Assembly: GCF_902713615.1 (NCBI RefSeq)
Contig: NC_052149.1
Span: 126,793,256 to 126,857,255 of the forward strand
Direction of reading: 5' to 3'
DNA: 64,000 nt
Origin: Scyliorhinus canicula
Taxonomy: Eukaryota
Shown: piece after piece, positions 53,150 through 64,000 of the stretch
Numbering within the stretch: position 1 is the first letter of the stretch
Layout: every line of letters begins with the position of its first letter
Notes under the pieces: model-generated
Database searches by the model: none
Told to the model about the DNA's origin: nothing
What the model saw: the letters and a program-made list of their open reading frames with translations, nothing else
Position numbers and translations under genes: made by a program

Positions 53150-54140
53150 TGTATAGATGATCCGGAATTCTTACAATCCATTCTGAGCAACCTTTCTAAC
53201 CAGTACAGAACAATCCCAACAAGAGAAGGAGCAGTTTTGGACAGTTTTGTGGATTGAATCTGGGCAGGTGAAGGGGTATCAGTGGGAGAGTATTTGGGTA
53301 ATAGTGATCATAATTCAGTTAGATTTAGAGCAGTAATGGAAAAGGGTAAAGGCAGACCAAGAGGAAAAGTTTTAAATTGGGGAAAGGCCAATTTTCTGAA
53401 ACTGGGATTTGCCAAAATGGACAGTAAACAGCGACTTGATGGTAAAACAGTGACAGAGCCCGGGGAGAATATTCAAGCTGGAGATAGAGAGATTTCAGAA
53501 CAAATATGTTCACACAAAGCAAGAGTGAGGGACATTGTGAGAGGATAACTAATGAATGAGTGAGATCAATTAGAGAGCAAAATGTAACTTGTGTGTGGAG
53601 GTGGAAGGCATGGAGATGGTTCTTAATGAATAATTTACATCAGTTTTCACTAATGCGAGGGACAAAGCAGACATTGGAGTTCAGGAGGAGGAGAATTGTG
53701 AAATATTGGATGTGATAAAGATAGTGAGAGAGGAGATATTAACGTGTTTATCAGCTTTGAAAGGGGAGATACCCCCAGGCCCGGGTGAAATGTATCCCAG
53801 GCTGCTCAGGGAAGGAAGGGAAGAAATAGCGGAGGCTCTGACCATTATTTTCCAATCCTCTCTGACTACAGGCTTGGTGTCAGAGGACTGGTGGATGATC
53901 ATGTTGTACCATTGTTTAAAAAGGGAGGAAGGGATAGGCCGAGGGAGCAATTTTGAATTTGATGAGGAGGGAACGAGGAGGGTTGATGACGGGAGTGAGT
54001 TTGATGTTGACAACATGGGTTTTCCAAGGATTTTGCCAAGTTTCCAATGACAGACGGGTTTGGAAATTAAAAGCTGATGGAATCCAAGGGAAAGTGACAA
54101 ATTGGATTTCAAATTGGTTCCGTGTCAGGAGGGTAAAGGT
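53150..54140 (+). mobile_element. Decayed, internally deleted CR1 ORF2 fragment in the J-C intron
   Basis: GEYLGNSDHNSVRF-LNWGKANF and PGPGEMYPRLLREGREEIAEALTIIFQSSL. Further CR1 remnants at ~55230-56390. Confidence 0.7.
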
Positions 54141-55744
54141 TTGATGTTAAGCTGATTAAATCATTTTAGAATGATACTTAGACATTTGTAAAGAAGTTCA
54201 CTACAAATTCAGCACTGAAATAGTTAATAATGAGAGCATTTAAAGATGCAGTGTCCCATTTAAGAGACTATTAACCTATCAGGATGCTCGAACTATTGAT
54301 CATTATTTCTGGGGGAACAGGTTGAACATTAACAAACCTCAAATCACACACAGAACCGGAGAAATCTATCCCAGAAATTTGGAGCAGACGTGGATCGACA
54401 TACTTCACAAAGGATACTGATTGGCTGCCAGTGTAGAAGGTTCTAGATTTCACTTCAAACCTTGCTGCCCAGCCCTGGGCTCAGGTCAAGAGTGAGATTA
54501 CGATTAGCCTCTGTGTCCAGGGGTCAGAATAATCTATCCTTGCTCCTGTGCGGGAACGTCCGGTTCACCAGCCGCGTGATTCTTGGCTGTGTGCCATTCA
54601 CTGGCGGCAGGATTATATCTGTCCGTCAATTGTCAATGGGATTTACCACAGCAACCACCTGATTCCACTGTGAAACCCGATGGCGGTGATGTGCTGCTGG
54701 TGGGAGAATTGAATAGCAACACTGGAGAAATCCGCCCCCTATTTCTGGTGGTCTTGTGTCCAGGTCACACCCCCCAGCCAAGCTGCCCCAGTTTAGATAC
54801 ATAACTGGCATCGACCAGTTACCCAGGTGTGTCCTGTCCACAAAAAGCTGGACAAACCCAATCCGGACAATTACTGTCCATCAGTCATCTCGCGATCATC
54901 AGCAAAATGATTGATGTTGTTAAGACAGTGTTATCAAGTAGCACTTACTCAGCAATAACCTACTCATTGACACTCAGTTAAGTATCTACCAGGGTCTCTC
55001 AGCTCCTGACCTCATTACAGCCTTGGTTCAAACATGGACAAAAGAGCTGAATTCCAGCGGTGAGGCCAGAGTAACTGCCCTTTGACATCGAGGCAGCATT
55101 TGACCAAGTTTGGAATCAAGGAGCCCGAGCAAAACTGGAGTCAATGGGAAGCAGGGGGAAAACTCTCCGCTGGCTGGAGTCATACCCAGCACAAAGGAAG
55201 ATGGCTGTTGTTTGGGGTTTTAACTCTCCAATCTATATTAATGAGCTGGATGAAGGCAATGAGAGTATTGTAGCTATACTTGCTGATGATAAAATGATTG
55301 GAAGGAAAGCAAGTTGTGAGGAGGATACAGAGTCTGAAAAGGGATATTGATAGGTTCAGTGAGTGGGGAGAACATTTGACAGATGGAGTATAATGTGGGG
55401 AAATGTGAGCTTGTCCACTTTGTTAGGAAGAATAGAAAAGCAGAATATTATTGACATGGAGAGAGACTGCAGAAAGCTGTGGTACAAAGGGATCTGGGTG
55501 CCCTTGTGTATGAATCACAGAACGTTAACCTGCAGGTACAGCAAGTGATGAGGAAGGTCAATGGAATGTTGTCCTTTATTACACAGGGGGATGAAGTATA
55601 AAAGTAGGGAAGTCTTGCTCCATCTATACAGCACATTGGGGAGATTACACCGTGAGTACTGGGGAAAGGTTTGGTCTCATAGAATCATAGAATTTACAGT
55701 GCAGAAGGAGGCCATTTGGCCCATCGAGTAGAAAGAGCACCCTA

Positions 55745-55984
55745 TATTTTCTTTTTTTATTAAATAAATTTAAAATACCCAATTCATTTTTTCCAATTAA
55801 GAGGCAATTTATGTTTGGCCAATCCACCTACCCTGCACATTTTGGGGTTGTGGGGGCGGAACACACGCAAACAAAGGGAGAATGTGCAAGCTCCACACGG
55901 ACAGTGACCCAGAGCCGGGATCATACCTGGGACCTTGACGCAGTGAGGCAGCAGTGCTAACCACTGTGCCACCATGCAGCCCTC
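55745..55984 (-). mobile_element. A-tailed V-SINE-like copy
   Basis: 14-bp TSD GAAAGAGCACCCTA at 55731-55744 and 55985-55998. T-rich tail on +. Confidence 0.75.
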
Positions 55985-57220
55985 GAAAGAGCACCCTACT
56001 TAGGACCACTCCTGCACCCTATCCCCGTAACCACTGATTCCACTGAGGAATGGAATGTCTGATGAGGAAAGGTTGAGCTGGTTGGGTCTGTACTCATTGC
56101 AGAATGAGAGGTGATCTTATTGAAACATATAAGATTCCGAGGGAGCTTGACAGGATGGATGCTGAGAGAATGTTTGCCCTCGTGGGGAATCTAGAATTAG
56201 TGGACACAGTTTCAAAATAAGGTGGAGATGAGGAGGAATTTCTTCTCCCAGAGGGTCATTAGTTTTTGGAATTCTCTTTCCCAGAGAGCAGTGCATGCTG
56301 GGACATTATATATATTCCAGGCTGAGTTCGACAGATATCTGATTGACGAGGGTCAAAGGTTATGGGGACCGACAGGAAAGTGGAGTTTGGGCCATTTTTA
56401 AAAATTCATTTATGGGATGTGTGGGTCTGAAGTGGGAACCTGCCATCCTGACCTTGTCCGGCCTACAAGTGACTCCAGATCCGCAGTAATGTGTTGATTC
56501 TGAAATATCCTCTGGAATGGCCGAGCAAGACACTCAGTTCAAGGGCAATTAGGGATGGGCAATAAATGCTGGCCCAGCCAGAGATCACACATCACATCAA
56601 ACAATAAAAATATCTCCAGGGATTTTCAGGAATATTGGATCAGGAATAAATATCAGACTGAACTCGACCAAAACAGAAAGTAACTGAGAGTCTCCCCAAA
56701 AGCCTGGAACACTGAAGCCACTGGATTGTGAGCCCTGCTGGACCTGTTTGTCATCAGAACTTTGCTAAGAGATAAGCAGGGAGTGGAGAGAGCAGAGTTA
56801 AAGCTGGGGGAAGTGGGACCTCGGTGTCTCACTGTGCTGCTGCTGCTGCTGTGATCAGTTATATCAGAGAGTGTGACAGGGAGCCAGAGCTCACATCAAA
56901 CTCTGCCCGTGTCTGTCACACGCAGACTGACAGGAGTCTAGTGAGTGATTTCACTCCATGGTCCAGGAATGTGAACACAGTCTGCAAACGTCCAGATCTC
57001 CTCCACACGGTGGGTAAAAGCTGCTTACTTATATCTTGCTGCTTAAAGGGGGGAATGGAACTAAAGAAATACAGCTGGGCACCCTGTTCTACACAGTGTT
57101 CTTCAATGAACCATTTCATTCACTGCAGCTCCTCACTAACACCTTCAACTATTTAGCATTTGTATTTGAGAAAGTTTCAGTATTGAAAGGGTTAATAACG
57201 GAGGATTGGGGTTTACTTAC

Positions 57221-57255
57221 TCAGTCTGAGCTTGGTTCCTTTACCGAACGTAAGC
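57221..57255 (-). CDS. IGKJ: Ig light-chain J segment (LTFGKGTKLRL)
   Basis: FGxG motif. Donor GTAAGT at 57220. The final A plus GC of the C exon gives Ser, in frame with RENSQP. Confidence 0.96.
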
Positions 57256-57294
57256 CACACTGACAGCTTCCAGTGCAGGGGCTGTACAAAAACC
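57256..57294 (+). promoter_or_regulatory. J recombination signal sequence, 23-bp spacer
   Basis: CACACTG (57256-57262), 23 bp, ACAAAAACC (57286-57294). Confidence 0.95.
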
Positions 57295-57639
57295 TCTGCT
57301 CTCTGCTTCACTCACTCACTCTCACCCTCTCTCTGTCTCTCGCTGTCTCTCACTCACTCATGTCTTTCTCTCTCACTCTTTCTCACTCTCTGTTTCTCTC
57401 AATATCTCTGTGGTTTGTTGGGAGATTTGAAAAGTCTAATTTTGAATGATAAATCTTTCAGCTGCTCTTCATACGTGGACATGGAGAATAAAAAACCTGA
57501 GGCCTTCAGTGACTGGAGTGTGTAGTGGACAGTGAAAATAATGTGTTCAGGTTCCTTTCTTGTGTTTATATAAAACTGTTCATATATTATATAAAACTGT
57601 GCTTTGTGTCAGGAGAGGAGGTGGTGCTGTGGATACTGA

Positions 57640-57667
57640 GGTTTTTGTAAGGCTCTGTATCACTGTG
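57640..57667 (-). promoter_or_regulatory. V recombination signal sequence, 12-bp spacer
   Basis: Consensus CACAGTG (57667-57661), 12 bp, consensus ACAAAAACC (57648-57640). Confidence 0.97.
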
Positions 57668-57965
57668 TTGGGGTTGCTGTAACCTTGCTGACAGTAATAA
57701 TCAGAGACATCCTCATTCTGTACATTGCTGATTGTCAGGGTGAATCGTGTTCCAGATTGACTGCCGGTGAATCGGTCGGATATTCCTGTGAACCGGGTTG
57801 TTGCCCGGTAGATCAGCAGAGCCGGTTTCTGACCTTCTCGCTGTTGATACCAAGCAACATAATTGCTGACAGATTGACTGGCCGTACAGGTGATGGTTGC
57901 GGTCTGGCCCAGGCTCAATGACAGCACCGGGGGAGACTGGGTCATGATGATGTCTCCACTGATAC
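57668..57965 (-). CDS. IGKV: Ig light-chain V exon, kappa-type
   Basis: GISG|[79 protein letters not shown]. Acceptor AG at 57967-57966. Both Cys and the Trp are conserved, no stops. Confidence 0.97.
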
Positions 57966-58151
57966 CTGAGGGGTAATAGAGAAACAGAGTGAAGTAAGAA
58001 CTGTCACAGAAAGAGCCTGTACAATGAGATATTGTTGGAGACACTGACTATTCCTCTGCTTTCAGCATTTTCCCTTCAATCACAAGTCAGTAGAATTGGA
58101 TTGAAATGGAGAGCAGGAAAATATTCAAGGTGGAAGGAGAGAGATTTGTAC

Positions 58152-58200
58152 CTGCGATGCAGAATGCCAGAGGCCAGATCAGCTGGATGGCTGAAATCAT
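58152..58200 (-). CDS. IGKV: Ig light-chain leader exon (MISAIQLIWPLAFCIAG)
   Basis: ATG in ACACCATG context, hydrophobic signal peptide, donor GT at 58151-58150, 186-bp phase-1 intron in frame with V. Confidence 0.92.
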
Positions 58201-58260
58201 GGTGTCTGCTCCTGTCCCTGTGCCTGGTTACTGATAAACTCTCCCTTCACTGGGCTCTGC

Positions 58261-58314
58261 TTTATAAAGCTGCAGCCTGTGAGAGTCTGACAGCCCATTC
58301 CTCAGTATGTAAAT
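58261..58314 (-). promoter_or_regulatory. V promoter: TATA box and octamer-like element
   Basis: TATAAA on minus at 58266-58261. ATTTACAT on minus at 58314-58307, one mismatch to the light-chain octamer ATTTGCAT. Confidence 0.7.
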
Positions 58315-58917
58315 GGTATGAGGCAGAGACACCACGTCAGCACCTTCACTTCCTCTTCTCTCTCTCATTCACTCCCTCAGTGTCAGTCCCTCAGTTTCTG
58401 TCGCTCCCCCTCTCTCTCTGTCTCTCTGTCTTGTTCTTCCTGTCTCACTGTATCTGCTTGATCTCCCGCTCTCTCTCCTCTCCGTTGATACCTGTCCCTC
58501 AGACTCTCTCTCTGTCTCTCTCTCTTTCACCCTGATTTTATCTCTCTTTCTCCCTCACTTTATTTCTCTATTTGTTCCTCTGTGTTTTCATCTCCCTCTA
58601 CCTGAGAGGAGGGAACAATCTCATTCACTCTATTAGTCCCCTCAGGATATCTTTATTGAAGTTCATGTCTCGTTCTTCTGAACTTTTATCCCTGTACAGC
58701 TGCAGTAAAATGTCCCTTTGATTTTTTTTCTGTTCCTCTTATAATAAACACCAACATTCCATTTCCCTTCCTGATCACTTGCTGGACCTGCAGACTAACG
58801 TGATCTGTAGTTACAGCTTGCCAACGCATAACAAAGCATTTACCCCACTCCCTGATTTCTGTTCACCAAAAAATCCTACATCCATATTCAGATATTACAC
58901 TGTATACCATGAGATCA

Positions 58918-59032
58918 GGGCGGGATTCTCGAGCCACATCCACCCGGTGACCGGACATTCCGCCCGAGGTCAAAGGACCTTTACAGGGTCTGCGTCCCAC
59001 CCATGACGACCTTGCGGCGGAGAATCCAGCCC
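58918..59032. mobile_element. 115-bp MITE of the GGGC(T/G)GGATTCTC TIR family
   Basis: GGGCGGGATTCTC...GAGAATCCAGCCC. TSD not matching. Confidence 0.6.
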
Positions 59033-59199
59033 CATATCTTGTGCAGTAAGATTTTGTGTGGCACCTGACCAAATACCTTTTGGAATTCCGTGTACATCAC
59101 ATCTACAGCTTCCCCTTTTTCCACCTTCTGACTTCCTCAAAGATGGATGAGCTCAAGCGAGAGCACAACAATGCCTGAAGATGTCGCACCCCAAGTGGC

Positions 59200-59770
59200 C
59201 ATTCCAGAACTCCCCTGACGCTCACTGACCCTGGTACCAGTCTGACCCTCAACTGACCTGTTAATTCTCCGCACTGACACTGTTAATTCTGACTCACTGA
59301 CCTTCCTGACCTCACTGACCTGTTAATTCTGACCTCACTGACCTGTTAATTCTGACATCACTAGACCTGTTACCCCTGACCTCACTGGAACTGTTTAATT
59401 CTGACCTCACTGACCTGTTACTTCTGACCTCACTGACATGTTACATCTCTGACCTCACTGACCGATGTTAATTCTGACCTCACTGACCTGTGACCTCTGA
59501 CCTCACTGACCTGTTAATGTATGACCTCACTGACCTGTTAATTCTGACCTCACTGACTGTGTAATTCTGACCTCACTGTACCTTTTACCTTACCTGACCT
59601 CACTGACCTGTTAATTCTGACCTCACTGACCTGTTAATTCTGACCTCACTGACCTGTTATTCCCTACATCACTAATCTGTTAGTCCCTGATCTCACTGAC
59701 CTGTTACCTTTGAACTCACTGATCTATTGCCCCTAACCTCACTGACCTCTTACCCCTGACCTCACTGACC
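59200..59770. repeat. Degenerate ~23-bp minisatellite (CTGACCTCACTGACCTGTTAATT)n
   Basis: Direct reading. Confidence 0.85.
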
Positions 59771-60519
59771 TCCCAATTCCCTCCACTGGCCTCACTCCTC
59801 CCTACCTCTGCATCCTGCTGCAGACTCACATTCCCTCCCTCACCCTTCCATCCTCTGACTCTGGTCTCCTGCCCATCGCTACTTCCTTCATCCCACCATT
59901 GACAGCAGAGCCTTCAGATGCCTAGGGCCTGATCTCTGAACTCTCACCCTCAAACCCTCCCCCTCTCTAGGTCACTCCACTCCATCAAACTCCATCCTTC
60001 AATCCAAGCCTTCGATTAATCTTCCTTAAATACCCCCAACTCCCCCGCTCCTCTTACTGCCGCTCTGCGTAACATCCTGGGATGTTTTGTACATTAAGGC
60101 ACTAAGTAAATTCATTTTGATTGGGGATTTTGTTTGGGGACAGAATTAGACAAAGTAGTGATGGCTCCTTCAGTCAAATATCCTGATGAAAGGGTCCAAC
60201 TTCCCCAAACAGAATGGGGAAGAGGCTGATGTTAGATTTTTTTTAATGTATGCATTCATGTGATGAGGGTGTCACTGGCTGGATCAGCATTTATTGCCCA
60301 TCCCTAATTGCCCCAGCGGATGTGGTGATGCAGCTGCCTTCTTGAACGGTACAGACCCTGAGGTGTAGGTACACCCACAGTGCTGTTAGGGAGGGCATTC
60401 CTGGATTTTGATCCTGAATTCTGAACCTTGTCGCTCGCCTGAGGTGTGGTGTCCCTCAGGTTAAATCACCACCAGCCAGATCTCCCTGTCTAAGGGGAAA
60501 GCAGCCTATGGTCATCTGG

Positions 60520-62310
60520 GACTATGATGACTTTGCTATTTATATGGCTAGTCCAGTTCAGTATCTGGTTCATGGTAAACTCCCAGGATGTTAATAATGG
60601 GGGATTCAATGATGGGACACCATTCATTGAATGTCAAGAGGCAATGGTTGGATTCTCTCTTGTTGGAGATGGACATTGCCTGGCACTTCTGTGGTGTTAA
60701 TGTTACTTACCACTTGTCAAATCAACTCTGGATACTGTCCAGTCTTGCTGCACTTGGACAAGGACTGCTTCATTATCTGAGGAGTCGTGAATGGTGCTGA
60801 ACATTGTGCAGTCATCCGCAAACATCCCCACTTCTGACCTTATGATGGAAGGGAGGTCATTGATGAAGCAGCTGAAGATGGTTGGGCCTTGGACACTACC
60901 CTGAGCAACTCCTGCAGTTATGTCCTGAAGCTGAGATGATTGACCTCCAACTACAGCAACCATCTTCCTTTGTGCCGTGTATGAGACCAACCAGCGGATG
61001 GTTTTGCCCCCAATTCTCATTGACTCCAGATTAGCTTGGGCTCCTTGATGCCACACTCGGTCAAATGCTGCCTTGCTAGGGGGGCAGCAAGTTCTGGAGC
61101 ACAAGGCTTCAATACTATTGCTGGAATATTGTCAGGGCCCATAGGCTTTGAGTATCCAGTGCCTTCAGCCGTTTATTAATATCACGTGGAGTGAATCGTA
61201 TTGGCTGAAGACTGACATCTGTGATATGGAGACCTCAGGAGGAGACCGAGATGGATCATCCACTCGGCCCTTCTGGCTGAAGATTGTTGTGAATGCTTCC
61301 GCCTTGTCTTTAGTACGAATGCACTGGGTTCTTCCATCATTGAGGATGAGGATATTTGTGGAGCCTCCTCCTCCAGTGAGTTGTTTAATTGTCCACCAAC
61401 ATTCACAGCTGGATGTGGCAGGACTGCAGAGTTTAGATCTTATCCATTGGTTGTGGGATCGTTTAGCTCCGTCTGTCACTTGCTGTAAGTGCTGTTTGAT
61501 ACACAAGTAGTCCTGTGTTGTAATGCACCAGATTGCCTGGTGTTGTTCCTGCCGTGCTCTCCTGCACTCTTCATTAAACCAGGGTTGCACCCCTGGCTCA
61601 GTGATAATGGTAGAGTGGGAGACATGCAGAGTCATGAGGTTGCAGATGGTGGTTCAGTCCAATTCTGCTGCTGCTGATGACCCACACCACCTCATGGATG
61701 CCCAGTATTGAGTTACTAGATCTGTTCTGAATCTATCCCATTCAGCACTGTGGTAGTGCCACACAACAGAATAGAGTGTGTCCTCAATATGAAGATGGAT
61801 CTTTGTCTCCACAAGGACTGTGTGGTGGTCACTCCTACCGATACTGTCATGGACAGATGTATCTGTGGAATGCAGATTGTTGAGGATGAGGCCAAGTATG
61901 TTTGTCCCTCTTGTTGGTTCCCTCACCACCTGCTGCAGTCCCAGGTCCAGCAGCTATGTCCTTTAGGAGCTGGCCAGCTTGGCATGTGGTGGTACTACTG
62001 AGCCACTCTTGGTGATGGACATTGAAGGTCCCCACTCAGAGTATAATCTGCACCCATGCCACCCTCAGTGCTTCCTCCAAGTGGTGTTCAACATTGTGGT
62101 GCTGTCTCATAAACTGAGGGAGATTTGGGGTATGGTAATCATATTTAACACATGTTCAACCTGACACCATGAGACTACATGGGGTCCAGATTCGATGTTG
62201 AGGATTCCCAGGGCACCTCCTCCCTACAGTATACCACTTTGCCCCCACCTCTGCTGAGTCTGTCCTGCTGGTGAGACAGGACATACCCAGGGAATGGTGA
62301 TATTGTCTGG
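60520..62310 (-). mobile_element. Decayed CR1/L2-group LINE ORF2
   Basis: AAFDRVWHQG-GVAQGSVQGPTIFSCFINDL-MFADDCT and GTFNVHHQEWL-REPTRGTNIL-SDHHTVLV. Confidence 0.8.
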
Positions 62311-62512
62311 GATATTGGGCACAATTCTCCAGCCTCTTTGCGCTCTCGCTCAAACAAGGCTGGTGAATAGCGGGAGAGGACAAAAATGAGATCCGTGCCA
62401 GGTGCTAAACAGCTTGTGATGTAACCGGCCGCTCCCATTGGCCAAATCAGGATCTCGCCGTAGCGCGGCAAGAAACCGTTTATCACCATGTAAGCCCCAT
62501 TTCCATACAATT

Positions 62513-62718
62513 TTTTTTTTTTTAATTTAGTGTACCCAATTCATTTTTTCCAATGAAGGGGCAATTTAGCCTGCACATCTTTGGGTTGTGGGGGTGAAAC
62601 CCACGCACACACGGGGAGAATGTGCAAACTCCACATGGACAGTGACCCAGAGCCGGGATCGAACCTGGGACCTCGGCGCCGTGAGGCTGCAGTGCTAACC
62701 CACTGCGCCACCGTGCTG
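62513..62718 (-). mobile_element. Poly(A)-tailed V-SINE-like copy inside a MITE-type element (starting ~62317)
   Basis: Perfect 18-bp TSD CCCCATTTCCATACAATT at 62495-62512 and 62719-62736. T-run tail. Confidence 0.85.
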
Positions 62719-62839
62719 CCCCATTTCCATACAATTAACGGGAGCGACCCCATATCCAACGGCCTCCCATCATTCAGCCGCCTCCCCAGTAAGTGGTCAC
62801 GCTGACGCCGATTAGTACTCCATTTAAAAAGGTAAACCT

Positions 62840-64000
62840 GGACTTCCGGTGGCGGTGATGCCTGAATGAGCCGCACATTCGGCGGGCTCTCACTCCGGCG
62901 GGGCTTTGGAGCTGATTCCCCGTGATAGCGGACCACGGGGGGAAAAATGGCTGCCACGAAAGAGCAGGAGAGCGGGCTGACATCGATGGAACCGTGGGAG
63001 GCCAGCAGGTAGGGGAAGAGAGAGAGAGAGAGACACGGAGGCAAGGAGCAGAGGAAACTGACCTGCAACGTAAGATAGCGGACCCACGGACCTTCCTTCC
63101 TCCAGGAGAAGAAAATAAGTTTTGAAGTCGCTTGGACCCACTTCAGAGGCCCAGAAGGTAAAAGTTAAGGAGCTGGGAGAAGGAAGGCGGCAGCGAAAGT
63201 GCTGAGGAGCGGGCTGCGGCACATGGAACAGCGAGAGTCCAGAAGGCAGAAGAAGAAGGAGAAAAAGGGACAGAGACAAGGACCTGAAGAAACTTACCTG
63301 GGACCTAAGATGGCGGACACACGGACCCCGGACTTAGCAATCCAGCTGGCGCTGGATAACATGCTCCAGGTAATGAAGTCCAGTTTTGAAGCGCTGAAGC
63401 GGGACAGCTTGGACCCAATCCAGAAAGCGGTGGATCAGCTGAACCAGAGGCTGGACGCCCAGGATGTTAAAGTTAAGGAGCTGGGAGAGGCGGTGGAGGA
63501 GCAGGCGGATGCGCAAACGGTTGCAGCCCTAGAAGTTGACGGCCTGCAAGAGCGGCAGAGAAGACTGTTGGACAGAGTGGAGGAGCTGGAGAATAGAGTC
63601 CGCAGGAACAATCTGAGGATGGTCGGCCTCCCGGAGGGGACTGAGGGAGCTGATGCTGCAGCGTTTGTAGCAGACCTGCTGAAGCAGCTGATGGGGGCCG
63701 AAGCCTTTCCGCGACCGCCGGAGCTGGAGGGGGCACACAGTGCAGGCAAGGCTGGGGCGGCCGGGTGGACCCCCCCGCCCGATGCTGATTAGGTTCCACA
63801 GGTTCGTGGACAAGGAGCGGGTGCTGCAGTGGGCAAAGAGCGCCAGGAGCAGCACGTGGAACAACAGTGTTCTCCGCATTTATCAGGACCTAAGCCAGGA
63901 GGTGGCTCGGTGGCGTGCAGCCTTTAAGAATGTCAAGGAGGTGCTGTTCAAGAAGCACGTGAAGTTTGGTCTGCTGTTCCCAGCTCGGCTATGGGTCACG
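62840..64000 (+). mobile_element. 5' end and ORF1 of a second L1/Tx1-clade LINE, running off the window
   Basis: Same 5' terminus GGACTTCCGGTGG as the L1 at ~42820. ORF1 reads DNMLQVMKSSFEALKRD-VEELENRVRRNNLRMVGLPEG-IYQDLSQEVAR. Confidence 0.9.

Noticed and set aside
56600-57150. Possible intronic enhancer motifs near J (GGGATTTTCA ~56619, E-boxes, GATA site)
   Set aside because: Short degenerate motifs expected by chance. Conservation or chromatin data would be needed.
57580-58044. The 154-aa ORF as the real V protein start and end
   Set aside because: Its N-terminus is intron and its C-terminus reads through the RSS. The true structure uses the spliced leader at 58200-58152.
60182-60200. 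CTGATGA hammerhead-like core
   Set aside because: No stem II closure or GAAA follows. At most a truncated remnant.

Overview
Eukaryotic, repeat-dense DNA, most likely from a cartilaginous fish (shark). That assignment is inferred from the Ig light-chain sequence and from HE1/V-SINE-, CR1- and L1-type repeats. The only host gene found is an apparently intact, germline-unjoined kappa-type immunoglobulin light-chain cluster on the minus strand: leader 58200-58152, V 57965-57668 with a 12-RSS, J 57255-57221 with a 23-RSS, C 53061-52733 and polyA signal 52228-52223. The rest is nested transposable elements and four large tandem arrays with 36-, 91-, 16- and 48-bp units. Two arrays visibly arose inside transposon coding sequence. 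The 48-bp array (~28.7-41.0 kb) is the PGSVH(D/N)xFI motif of a PIF/Harbinger DDE transposase whose N- and C-terminal parts still flank it. The 91-bp array is a piece of an L1-type ORF2 whose flanks are also still in place. A 214-bp insertion at 27702-27915 is a long hairpin carrying a minimal type-I hammerhead ribozyme motif, typical of Penelope-like element termini. Most long ORFs in the supplied track are artefacts of stop-poor repeat units. All family names rest on motif recognition, not database searches.
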